62,881 nt of DNA from Candidatus Omnitrophota bacterium (GTDB lineage Bacteria; Omnitrophota; Gorgyraeia; JABMRG01): positions 1-62,881 of the forward strand of contig JBAZLY010000004.1 in assembly GCA_041650035.1 (NCBI GenBank). Reading direction: 5' to 3'. The notes beneath the pieces are model-generated. The model did not search any database. It had not been told where the DNA came from and saw nothing but the letters and a program-made list of their open reading frames with translations. The translations under genes were made by a program, and so were the position numbers. Shown in pieces: positions 1 to 7,241 of the stretch (within the stretch, counting starts at the first letter, position 1; every line of letters begins with the position of its first letter).

Positions 1-1
1 T

Positions 2-1249
2 ATATTCAAGGATTATCTTAGCGCCTCAAACGCGGCAGATGTTATACAATCGCTCATGCTTTTGCGTTCATTGCTGCTTGACCTGGTTTCGCAGCACTGC
101 GGCAATGATATTGAAAAGCTTAAGACCTTTAACAGGGTCATTATAGAGGCTATGGGCAATAATATCGTATGCGTTTCCGACATTTATAAAAAGAGGGATT
201 TTACCAGGCTTGAGACCATCATGATGTATGGCAAGAAGATGATCAGAATACATGATATCGACAAACTTTGTGATCTTATACTGAAAGCGGCTGTTATGGA
301 AAGTGGTTCGGACAGGGCGTCTCTTATGCTGGTAGACAAAGATGGTTATATGCGCATCAAAAGCTCTATCGGGATACCTAAAGATATAGCGGCCAAGGCA
401 AGGATCAAGATAGGTTTGGGGATATCCGGCACGGTTGCCAAAACAGGAGAGCCTATTATTATAAGCAAGGGTCATAAGATACCCAAAGGCGTTAAAAGGT
501 ATATGCGCGGGCTAAAATTAAGGTCTTCTTTAAGCGTGCCTATTATGTCGAATGGGTTTTTACAGGGTGTTTTAAATCTGGGTAAATATAAGAGTAGGCA
601 TATCTTTGATAAGGATGATGCGGGACTTCTCGTTATACTTGCTCATGAGGCAGGCACGGCAATAAGCAATTGCAGGCTTTTTCAAGAGTTGCATGAATTA
701 TATGAAGGCAGTATATTTTCGCTCGCGGCCGCTATTGAGGCAAGGGATAATTATACCCATGGACATTCAAGCAGGGTTACCAATATCGCCGTTGAAATAG
801 GCAAGGCATTAAGTTTGCCGGAGGATACGCTTAAAAGGATCCGGCTTGCGAGTATGCTCCATGATATCGGGAAGATCGGAATTCCCGATAATGTATTGCT
901 TAAGCCTTCCAGGCTTACTGACCAGGAGTTTGATATCATCAAAAAACACCCTGTTTACGCGGTAAACATCCTTAAGCACCTGCCGAGATTAAAGGATGTA
1001 GTCCCTATAGTATACCATGAGCATGAACGTTTTGACGGTAACGGCTACGTCTCACGCCTTAAGGGAGAGGCTATTCCTGTGGAATCAAGGGTCATCGCCG
1101 TCGCGGATGCCTTTGAGGCCATGACATCAAACAGGCCCTACAGGAAATCTATGTTCAGACAAAAAGCTATTGATGAGATACGGCGCAATGCCGGGACCCA
1201 GTTTGACCCTGTTGTTGTCCGGGTTTTTTTGAAGATAATGAAGAAATAG
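2..1249 (+). CDS. GAF domain / HD-GYP domain c-di-GMP phosphodiesterase (possibly 5' truncated by window edge)
   Basis: The frame is open from position 2, with the first ATG at 56. The N-terminal half is GAF-like. The C-terminal half carries HD-GYP hallmarks: HGHSSRV, HDIGKIGIP, YHEHERFDGNGY. Confidence 0.8.
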   Translation: MFKDYLSASNAADVIQSLMLLRSLLLDLVSQHCGNDIEKLKTFNRVIIEAMGNNIVCVSDIYKKRDFTRLETIMMYGKKMIRIHDIDKLCDLILKAAVMESGSDRASLMLVDKDGYMRIKSSIGIPKDIAAKARIKIGLGISGTVAKTGEPIIISKGHKIPKGVKRYMRGLKLRSSLSVPIMSNGFLQGVLNLGKYKSRHIFDKDDAGLLVILAHEAGTAISNCRLFQELHELYEGSIFSLAAAIEARDNYTHGHSSRVTNIAVEIGKALSLPEDTLKRIRLASMLHDIGKIGIPDNVLLKPSRLTDQEFDIIKKHPVYAVNILKHLPRLKDVVPIVYHEHERFDGNGYVSRLKGEAIPVESRVIAVADAFEAMTSNRPYRKSMFRQKAIDEIRRNAGTQFDPVVVRVFLKIMKK

Positions 1250-1302
1250 AATTTACTTTATTAGGCGTTCCGCGCACGCTTTGGGCCGGATATAAGGTTT
1301 TT

Positions 1303-1707
1303 ATGGATATAGAACGGATACAGCCAACATTACTTTTTTCTATCCTATGCGACGACATAAGGCGCGAGGATAACGGCAAGTTCATGCTTATTGGGCTTTT
1401 TGAGACCATAGCTTCAAGTGTCTTCCCCGTGCTGCACCCCAAACTTTTTGTTATGAACTGCTGGTGCAGCGGAACGGGAAGGTTCAGGCAAAGAACGAGG
1501 TTGATAAGACCTGATAATACTAGGCTCATAGAAGACGAGGGGACGGAATTCGGCCTGGCCGACTTAAGGTCTAAACACCGCGTGGTCGCGCAGTTCAATA
1601 ATATATGTTTTGATCAGCCGGGGGAATATGCCGTTGAGGTATTATTGGACACAGAGCTAAAGGTCAGGTATCCTTTGGTTATTGAAAGGCCTTTGCGAAA
1701 AGGATAG
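1303..1707 (+). CDS. small hypothetical protein (possibly DUF6941-like beta-sandwich)
   Basis: 134-aa ORF with an ATG start, tightly spaced between the HD-GYP and PilZ genes. Family resemblance is from memory only. Confidence 0.5.
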   Translation: MDIERIQPTLLFSILCDDIRREDNGKFMLIGLFETIASSVFPVLHPKLFVMNCWCSGTGRFRQRTRLIRPDNTRLIEDEGTEFGLADLRSKHRVVAQFNNICFDQPGEYAVEVLLDTELKVRYPLVIERPLRKG

Positions 1708-1737
1708 GCGCGTAGTGACCTTTGAAATGGAAAGTCT

Positions 1738-2283
1738 ATGAAGAAAAAAGAGAGGCGGTATTCAAAAAGGCTGGCAGTCCATATAAATATCAAGGTGTTC
1801 AGGCTCGATAAAAAGACTATGCGCACTGTCAGGGCCTATCTTCTTGACGCAAGAGATATGACCAAGGAAGGGGTTTTTCTGCGCGGCAATGCCGCGTTTC
1901 CACTTGATACCAGGCTTCGCCTGGAATTCAACCTCCCGGGTGGCGATACGCCTGTTGTCGCCGATGCCAGGGTGGCCTGGCAGGCCAAACCATCTCATCC
2001 GGGATATTATCCGGGCATGGGCGTATCTATTACAAGGATCAGAAGAGGTGACGGAAAGAGACTGCGGGATTTTCTACGGCTGCGTCTGCGTAACTACAGG
2101 CATGCCGTTAAGCTTAAGAATATGTATATGCAGCTTAAAGATATGGGGGCCAGGTTATATGAGTTGGAGCGGTCTCATATGCAGGCGGAACACTTCAGAA
2201 AGGTCATTGAGCGCGCTATTATTGAAATTGACAGTATTGCTCATCTTATCGACAAAGAGGTGTGGGAGGTAAAGAGCTTATAG
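1738..2283 (+). CDS. PilZ domain protein with C-terminal coiled-coil
   Basis: RxxxR motif (RYSKR) near the N-terminus and a D-x-T-x-x-G variant (DMTKEG) about 30 aa later. The C-terminus is helical and heptad-like. Confidence 0.75.
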   Translation: MKKKERRYSKRLAVHINIKVFRLDKKTMRTVRAYLLDARDMTKEGVFLRGNAAFPLDTRLRLEFNLPGGDTPVVADARVAWQAKPSHPGYYPGMGVSITRIRRGDGKRLRDFLRLRLRNYRHAVKLKNMYMQLKDMGARLYELERSHMQAEHFRKVIERAIIEIDSIAHLIDKEVWEVKSL

Positions 2284-2286
2284 GCC

Positions 2287-2820
2287 ATGGGTGATATTAA
2301 ACCTGTCTGCCCCGTAAAGTTGATTACGGGTATCCTGTATTCGTCTGAAGCATCGTCATGTGCTGCCGAAAAACAACTTGTAAGATTTTTTGGCAGGATT
2401 GACTATAAGAGCGAGCCTATGGCCTTTAATTTTACAAATTATTACGCCGGTGAGATGGGTCCGGTTTTGCACAGGATTTTTTTAAGCTTCAAAAGACTTA
2501 TGCAGCCCGGACAGCTTGCGGGTGTAAAGGTAATCACAAACAGGCTGGAGAGGCGGCTTGCGAAAAAGTCCCCTATATTAAAGCGGGTTGTGAATATAGA
2601 CCCCGGGTATGTAACTGACGCCAAACTTGTGCTTGCCTCAACGAAGGATTATGGCCATCGTATATATCTTTCGGCAGGCATATATGCCGAGATCACGCTT
2701 TGTTATCAAAAGAATTCCTTCCGCCCGCATAGCTGGACGTATCCTGATTATGCCGCCGCAGAATATGTAAATATATTTAACTGTATACGTGATATGTTTA
2801 TGGAACAGAGGTTGGGTTGA
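2287..2820 (+). CDS. DUF4416 family protein
   Basis: Motifs typical of DUF4416 as I recall it: PVKLITGILY, FNFTNYYAGEMG, VNIDPGYV, KLVLASTKDYGHRIYL, GIYAEITL. Confidence 0.6.
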   Translation: MGDIKPVCPVKLITGILYSSEASSCAAEKQLVRFFGRIDYKSEPMAFNFTNYYAGEMGPVLHRIFLSFKRLMQPGQLAGVKVITNRLERRLAKKSPILKRVVNIDPGYVTDAKLVLASTKDYGHRIYLSAGIYAEITLCYQKNSFRPHSWTYPDYAAAEYVNIFNCIRDMFMEQRLG

Positions 2821-2825
2821 GTTTT

Positions 2826-3599
2826 ATGGACGCAGGCGGGAACAATGTTTATTATCATGTACCTGTTCACAGGCTTATACATGATATAGCGTCTTATTTG
2901 GATCTTGGCGTTAACTTTGAGATCTATATAAATTCGGATTTTATCGATGATCACAGACATGGTTGTATCGAGATGATAAATCGGGAATTTAGGAAAATGA
3001 AGGCCGGCAAAAGGATACACGGACCTTTCCTTGACCTTGCCCCCGCAAGCCCGGATGCCCGTATCAGGGATATATCGAAACAGCGCATGCTTTCCGGTAT
3101 ACGGTTATGCAGGGCGCTGGAATGCGACAATATCGTATTACACAGTCATTATGACCCTGTTTACCACAAAAGGCATAAGCCGGACTGGCAGAGGTATGCG
3201 GATATGGTCTGGGCCGATGTGGAGGCCTTAAGCAAGGAACTTGGTATCACCGTGAATATCGAGAATTCGGAGGATGATAACCCGCAAGCTATATTTTATC
3301 TTCTGGACAAATACCCGTCTTTTAAGGCCTGTTTCGACATTGCCCATTATACCGTGTTTGGTTTAGCGCACTGGAAGGATATCTTTGACCTATATCCTAA
3401 AGGTTCAGTGAACGAGATACATATATCGGACAACGACACAACCGAGGACCAGCACCTTGTCCTGGGCCAAGGGTTTGTAGATATCAAAGGTCTATTAAGG
3501 GGATTGCTTCTTGCCGGCAATAAAGCCGCCATTACTGTTGAACCTCATTCAAAGACGGATATGATAAAAGATGTGGAATATATGAGAAATTTTTCTTGA
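2826..3599 (+). CDS. sugar phosphate isomerase/epimerase family (xylose isomerase-like TIM barrel) protein
   Basis: About 258-aa ORF. The pattern of conserved H/D/E residues (VLHSHYD, NIENSEDD, CFDIAHY, IHISDND) is typical of the AP endonuclease 2 / TIM-barrel fold. The ATG at 2826 is preferred over the TTG at 2817. Confidence 0.65.
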   Translation: MDAGGNNVYYHVPVHRLIHDIASYLDLGVNFEIYINSDFIDDHRHGCIEMINREFRKMKAGKRIHGPFLDLAPASPDARIRDISKQRMLSGIRLCRALECDNIVLHSHYDPVYHKRHKPDWQRYADMVWADVEALSKELGITVNIENSEDDNPQAIFYLLDKYPSFKACFDIAHYTVFGLAHWKDIFDLYPKGSVNEIHISDNDTTEDQHLVLGQGFVDIKGLLRGLLLAGNKAAITVEPHSKTDMIKDVEYMRNFS

Positions 3600-3624
3600 C
3601 AATATTTTTTTGTATTGCTAAACT
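3596..3624 (+). promoter_or_regulatory. sigma70-like promoter (TTGACA-17 nt-TAAACT)
   Basis: TTGACA at 3596-3601 and TAAACT at 3619-3624, 42 nt upstream of the strong RBS and ATG of the 3666 gene. Confidence 0.45.
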
Positions 3625-3665
3625 ATAAAAAAGCATAAAAGATATTCATAAAAGGAGGAAGGCAG

Positions 3666-4019
3666 ATGTCAAAAGGTGTTAAGGTTGGGGTGATTTGCGT
3701 TTTGGTATTGTGTGTTGCCGCGATAGCTTTGCCTGTCTTTGCGCAGGAAGGCAGCGTGATTGAGAAAATGGGCAAGAAGCTTGGCAGGGGTATAGTCAAC
3801 ATCGCGACAGGCTGGGTAGAATTACCGAAAAATATATACGATATAAGCGTTGAAAAAAATAATCCGCTCATGGGTATTACTTACGGAACATTAAAAGGCC
3901 TGGGCATGACTGTGGTCAGGACCGGCGCAGGCGCGTATGATACTGTGACGTTCTTATTCCCTGTCCCGCAGGATTACCAGCCGATACTGCAGCCTGAATT
4001 TGTGTTTGAGGAGAAATAA
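3666..4019 (+). CDS. small secreted protein resembling exosortase system-associated TIGR04073 family
   Basis: Strong RBS (AAAGGAGGAAGG) and a signal peptide ending VFAQE. Contains KLGRGIVNIATGWVELPKNIY ... RTGAGAYDTVTFLFPVP, the pattern I associate with TIGR04073. Confidence 0.65.
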   Translation: MSKGVKVGVICVLVLCVAAIALPVFAQEGSVIEKMGKKLGRGIVNIATGWVELPKNIYDISVEKNNPLMGITYGTLKGLGMTVVRTGAGAYDTVTFLFPVPQDYQPILQPEFVFEEK

Positions 4020-4051
4020 TACCATAACAGCGATATCCGTTGAAAATGGCT

Positions 4052-4106
4052 AAAACGAGGCAATAAAAACAAACCGAACTGGAGTTTATTGCTTCGTTTT
4101 ATTTTA
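4052..4106 (+). terminator. intrinsic terminator hairpin
   Basis: A 16-bp stem pairs 4052-4067 (AAAACGAGGCAATAAA) with 4085-4100 (TTTATTGCTTCGTTTT), with one G-U pair and a 17-nt loop, followed by ATTTT. Confidence 0.6.
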
Positions 4107-4120
4107 GAAGGCAGCATATT

Positions 4121-4537
4121 ATGGGTATATCCGGTAAAGGCAGGGAGCGCAGGTCCAACAATCGTAAGACAGGTTCGGATGAGAAGAGGAATTATATAAG
4201 GGCAGATGTCTCTGTCCCGATGATAATTTATGTGCAGAGAAAGACCGGTCCTGAACGGGTACCTGCCAAGGCCTGGAACATCAGCGCAAGCGGTATGATG
4301 ATACAGTCTCTTGGCCGTTTTAATACAGGTATAAAGGTTGATATTGAAATGACCCCGCCCGTTAGCCCTAATCCGGTGCATTGCAAGGGAAAGATCGTGT
4401 GGGCATCGGAAAACATATCCGGCAGAGGCGGTTATAATTACGGTGTGGAATTGATTTCGATTGAAGAGGATAACAAGAACACATTTCTGAAGTTTTTGTG
4501 CGATTTGATATACAGTAATTCCGAAGGCAATGATTAG
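4121..4537 (+). CDS. PilZ domain protein
   Basis: Canonical RxxxR (RNYIR) and NxSxxG (NISASG) motifs at the expected spacing. Confidence 0.8.
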   Translation: MGISGKGRERRSNNRKTGSDEKRNYIRADVSVPMIIYVQRKTGPERVPAKAWNISASGMMIQSLGRFNTGIKVDIEMTPPVSPNPVHCKGKIVWASENISGRGGYNYGVELISIEEDNKNTFLKFLCDLIYSNSEGND

Positions 4538-4584
4538 TCATTGATATTTTTGTAGAGTTTGGAATTTAAAAAGGAGGTGGCAAA

Positions 4585-4965
4585 GTGTCAAGAAAATGTT
4601 TTAGTGTAATTGCGGCAGTGGTTTTGATTGCCGCGTGTTTTGTATCCTGCGGGTATGCACAGGCAGGCGATGAATGCCAGGCTGCAGGCCAGGAAAATAA
4701 GGTGGTAAAGTTTTTTAAAGGCGTATTTAAGTGGCCTTTTAGCGTTACAAAACAGGGAGCCGAAACAGTCGGTCGTACGACAAAATCCGCGGTTGACACC
4801 GTTGCAAATACAGGCGTTAGTGCTGTTGAGACAGTAACAGGCAAGCCTGAAAAGATAAAGGATGTTGTTGCTGCCCCTGTCAAGGGCGCCGCGGAGACAG
4901 GATATACAGCTACTGAAGGAAGTCTTAAGACACCCATAGAGGGGACAAAAGAGGCGTTTGAATAG
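4585..4965 (+). CDS. small secreted protein, T/V/E/G-rich
   Basis: GTG start 6 nt after AAAGGAGGTGG. Signal peptide ends GYAQAG. The mature part is low-complexity and compositionally similar to the 3666 and 6873 products. Confidence 0.55.
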   Translation: MSRKCFSVIAAVVLIAACFVSCGYAQAGDECQAAGQENKVVKFFKGVFKWPFSVTKQGAETVGRTTKSAVDTVANTGVSAVETVTGKPEKIKDVVAAPVKGAAETGYTATEGSLKTPIEGTKEAFE

Positions 4966-5026
4966 AAAAAGGTTGGTGTGATTTTTTAAGATACATATAA
5001 AAATCATGCCAGCCTTTTTTGTTTTT
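4966..5026 (+). terminator. long imperfect hairpin / intrinsic terminator
   Basis: 4966-4976 pairs with 5009-5019 and 4979-4986 pairs with 4999-5006, giving about 19 bp with a 2x2 internal loop, followed by T-rich sequence. The hairpin swallows the ATG at 5006, which argues for the 5045 start of the next gene. Confidence 0.55.
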
Positions 5027-5044
5027 CATATTTGGCGGCATTAT

Positions 5045-5782
5045 ATGAAAATAAAGATAAATTATATAAAAAATATAGCGGTCTTAGCCATTGATGGCAG
5101 GATAAATATAAATTCGTCAAAGCTTATAGAAAGTGTCGGATCCCTGCTTGAAAAGGGCGTATCCAGGCTTATTATGGATATGCGAAAGGTGGACTTTGTT
5201 GATTATAACGGGCTGTCAGTGATGGCTATTACTTATAAGAATGTCTTGAATAATAACAGCGCTATGAAATTATGCGGGATTGCCCCGCACATACAGGAAC
5301 TCTTTAAGGTTGTAAAGCTTGATGATGTCTTTGAGATATGTAATGATATTAACAGCGCTATATTCAGTTTTGAGAGCGTCTCAGGCAATGTCCGTGTAAA
5401 GAAGGCGAACGCCCAACCTTTAAGGAGGAGGTTTTCGAGGCTTGATATGGACATTCCAGTCACATACAGGCTCATGTCGCGGGGCAAACGTTGTCTATCC
5501 GGCGAGATATTGACCGGCAGGATAGAGAATATCAGCGGTGCCGGCTTATTCGTGCGCTCTATAAGCCTGTTGCCTCCGGGCAGCGATGTAGTGGTTGGTG
5601 TAAAGTTTAAGAGCGTGCAGGAACCCAGATATTTTAACGGTACGGTGATGTGGCTTGCGGATAAAAATCTCCAACCTTTGCTGTTTCCGGGCATGGGGAT
5701 TGCATTTACGGATATGCCATACCGCGCACGAGAGGATATATTACAGTTTATAGAGAAAAACGCTATCCGTCGAAAGGGTTAA
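5045..5782 (+). CDS. STAS (anti-sigma antagonist-like) domain fused to a C-terminal PilZ domain
   Basis: The N-terminus is SpoIIAA-like (VDFVDYNGLSVM in place of the DSSGL phosphosite). The C-terminus has RxxxR (RRFSR) and NxSxxG (NISGAG). Confidence 0.8.
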   Translation: MKIKINYIKNIAVLAIDGRININSSKLIESVGSLLEKGVSRLIMDMRKVDFVDYNGLSVMAITYKNVLNNNSAMKLCGIAPHIQELFKVVKLDDVFEICNDINSAIFSFESVSGNVRVKKANAQPLRRRFSRLDMDIPVTYRLMSRGKRCLSGEILTGRIENISGAGLFVRSISLLPPGSDVVVGVKFKSVQEPRYFNGTVMWLADKNLQPLLFPGMGIAFTDMPYRAREDILQFIEKNAIRRKG

Positions 5783-5940
5783 ATGGCTGGTAAAAACATT
5801 GAGTCAGTTTTTTTAACCGGATGTTTTTTGGTTTTTTATAAAATGATATAATTGTAAAATTACACATTTAAACTATTGACTTTTTTCATTATACAAGGCA
5901 TATTTATTACGGAACAGGACATAGCTCTTTTATAGAGAAT

Positions 5941-6040
5941 ACGATAAAGGCAAACTGTCCGAAAGGATGGGGCGCAAAGCCGCGAGCCTAAAACCTCATA
6001 AGAGATACAGAGGTTATGGCAGTCGGGTTGCCGATATTAT
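5941..6040 (+). promoter_or_regulatory. cyclic-di-GMP-I riboswitch (GEMM-I, Rfam RF01051-like)
   Basis: AAGGCAAACUGUCCGAAAGGAUGGGGCGCAAAGCCGCGAGCCUAAAACC...GGCAGUCGGGUUGCCGAU matches the conserved class I aptamer core. It has a GGCAA/UUGCC closing helix, a GAAA tetraloop hairpin, the ACGCAAAGCC junction and a second hairpin. Confidence 0.85.
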
Positions 6041-6055
6041 GCATTTGGTAACATG

Positions 6056-6116
6056 ACCCTAAGGCTTCAATACGCGCTTTTTGCCATATTGATAGTTTTA
6101 GGGTTTTTTATTTTTC
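6056..6116 (+). terminator. candidate riboswitch expression-platform terminator
   Basis: ACCCTAA (6056-6062) pairs with TTAGGGT (6098-6104), followed by TTTTTTATTTTT. The loop is large (about 35 nt), so the structure is uncertain. Confidence 0.4.
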
Positions 6117-6131
6117 ATAAACGAGGTGGAT

Positions 6132-6431
6132 ATGAAGAAACAGGATAGCGGGACAGAAAGGACTGGAAGGGTTGTAGCATTCCTTACAAGGTCGGAGATC
6201 GATTATATAGACAGCCTTGCTAAGGATGCCTTGTTTTCTACCGGCCGCAAGCTGTCAAGGACCGACATCATACGCGCTGTTATTGATTGTATAAAATCAA
6301 ACAGGGTTAACGGCAAGGGCATCTCCTCCAGGCAGGGTCTGGAAAAGAGGTTGTATTGTCTTACGCAGACAGCATTGCCTAATGTTGTCTCGGAGATCGT
6401 TAAAATAAGAGGTCACAATGATAATAGTTAA
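6132..6431 (+). CDS. hypothetical protein, ribbon-helix-helix-like (putative small DNA-binding protein)
   Basis: First ORF after the riboswitch, with SD GAGG 5 nt before the ATG at 6132. RVVAFLTRSEIDYIDSLAKD...SRTDIIRAVIDCI fits a strand-helix-helix pattern. Confidence 0.5.
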   Translation: MKKQDSGTERTGRVVAFLTRSEIDYIDSLAKDALFSTGRKLSRTDIIRAVIDCIKSNRVNGKGISSRQGLEKRLYCLTQTALPNVVSEIVKIRGHNDNS

Positions 6432-6723
6432 ATTAATGATGGTCATATTGCTTCTTATGCCTTTTGTATTTGTCGTAACGACTGCGGCATTGTCTTCAGA
6501 TGCGGTGGTCTATTGTCTGAATGGAAACAAGATCCTGCAGTATTATGACGTAAATGGCATTGCCGATTATTTAAAAAAAGTCAGCGGGAATATTGTTCAC
6601 CTGGAAATAGATACCATGCGAGACCTATTTATGCGGGTGAAGAGTGAGAAACAGGTTCTGAACAGTATCCTTAACCGCAAAGGCGATTTTAGCACAGCTA
6701 TACCGAGGAGACGGCATGCATAA
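6418..6723 (+). CDS. small secreted/membrane-anchored hypothetical protein
   Basis: Overlaps the upstream gene by 14 nt. SD is AGAGG. Hydrophobic N-terminal signal or anchor (VILLLMPFVFVVTTAALS). Confidence 0.5.
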   Translation: MIIVKLMMVILLLMPFVFVVTTAALSSDAVVYCLNGNKILQYYDVNGIADYLKKVSGNIVHLEIDTMRDLFMRVKSEKQVLNSILNRKGDFSTAIPRRRHA

Positions 6724-6872
6724 GCGGTTTGAGCTCAAATCCAATATGAAATGCCCGATCATAATAAGATGGCGGACCAAGGATGCTGATTTCATGCAGA
6801 TAGAGATATCCCCTGTCCGTATATTGAGGATCAAGGTAGATAGATTGCCGCAAACATAAAAAGGAGGTTTAT

Positions 6873-7220
6873 ATGAGAAGAGAAAGAGGGATAAAACGTC
6901 ATCAGAGGTGTATAAGGCGGAAGGCGGGGGTAAAGCGGTTTATAAGGATTTTTTCTCCTTTTGTGTTGATAATGCTCCTGGCACTTCCTGGCCTAGCCCA
7001 ACAGGATCCCGGCGAAAAACTTGTTCAGGGTGTCGAGGATACCCTGACCGGATGGACGGATCTTCCGCAGGAAATAGTTGAGACGGCTCAAGAGACAAAT
7101 GCGGTTGAGGGGGTAACCACGGGTGTTATAAAAGGCGCCGGGGAGGCGGTTATCCAAACGGTGGAAGGGGTTGTGGAAACGGCAACCTTTTATAGCGCCG
7201 AAAGCGGTAATAAGGAGTAA
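6873..7220 (+). CDS. small exported protein, distant TIGR04073-like
   Basis: Strong RBS (AAAAGGAGG). A very basic n-region precedes the hydrophobic core. TGWTDLPQEIVET...GVIKGAGEAVIQTVEGVVETATF parallels the GW-x-E-L-P ... TF pattern of the 3666 product. Confidence 0.55.
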   Translation: MRRERGIKRHQRCIRRKAGVKRFIRIFSPFVLIMLLALPGLAQQDPGEKLVQGVEDTLTGWTDLPQEIVETAQETNAVEGVTTGVIKGAGEAVIQTVEGVVETATFYSAESGNKE

Positions 7221-7241
7221 TATAAGATCATCAAATTACCT

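Noticed and set aside
5006-5044. Upstream ATG at 5006, given by the ORF track as the start of the STAS-PilZ gene
   Set aside because: The ATG sits inside the 3' arm of the 4966-5020 terminator hairpin and adds a non-STAS peptide (MPAFFVFHIWRHY). The ATG at 5045 (MKIKINY...) fits the STAS domain start.
6746-6859. 37-aa ORF (MKCPIIIRWRTKDADFMQIEISPVRILRIKVDRLPQT) between the 6418 and 6873 genes; also minus-strand ORF 6625-6834
   Set aside because: Too short, with no clear Shine-Dalgarno sequence and no recognisable family. I cannot distinguish it from chance. It is worth a look only if ribosome profiling or conservation data exist.
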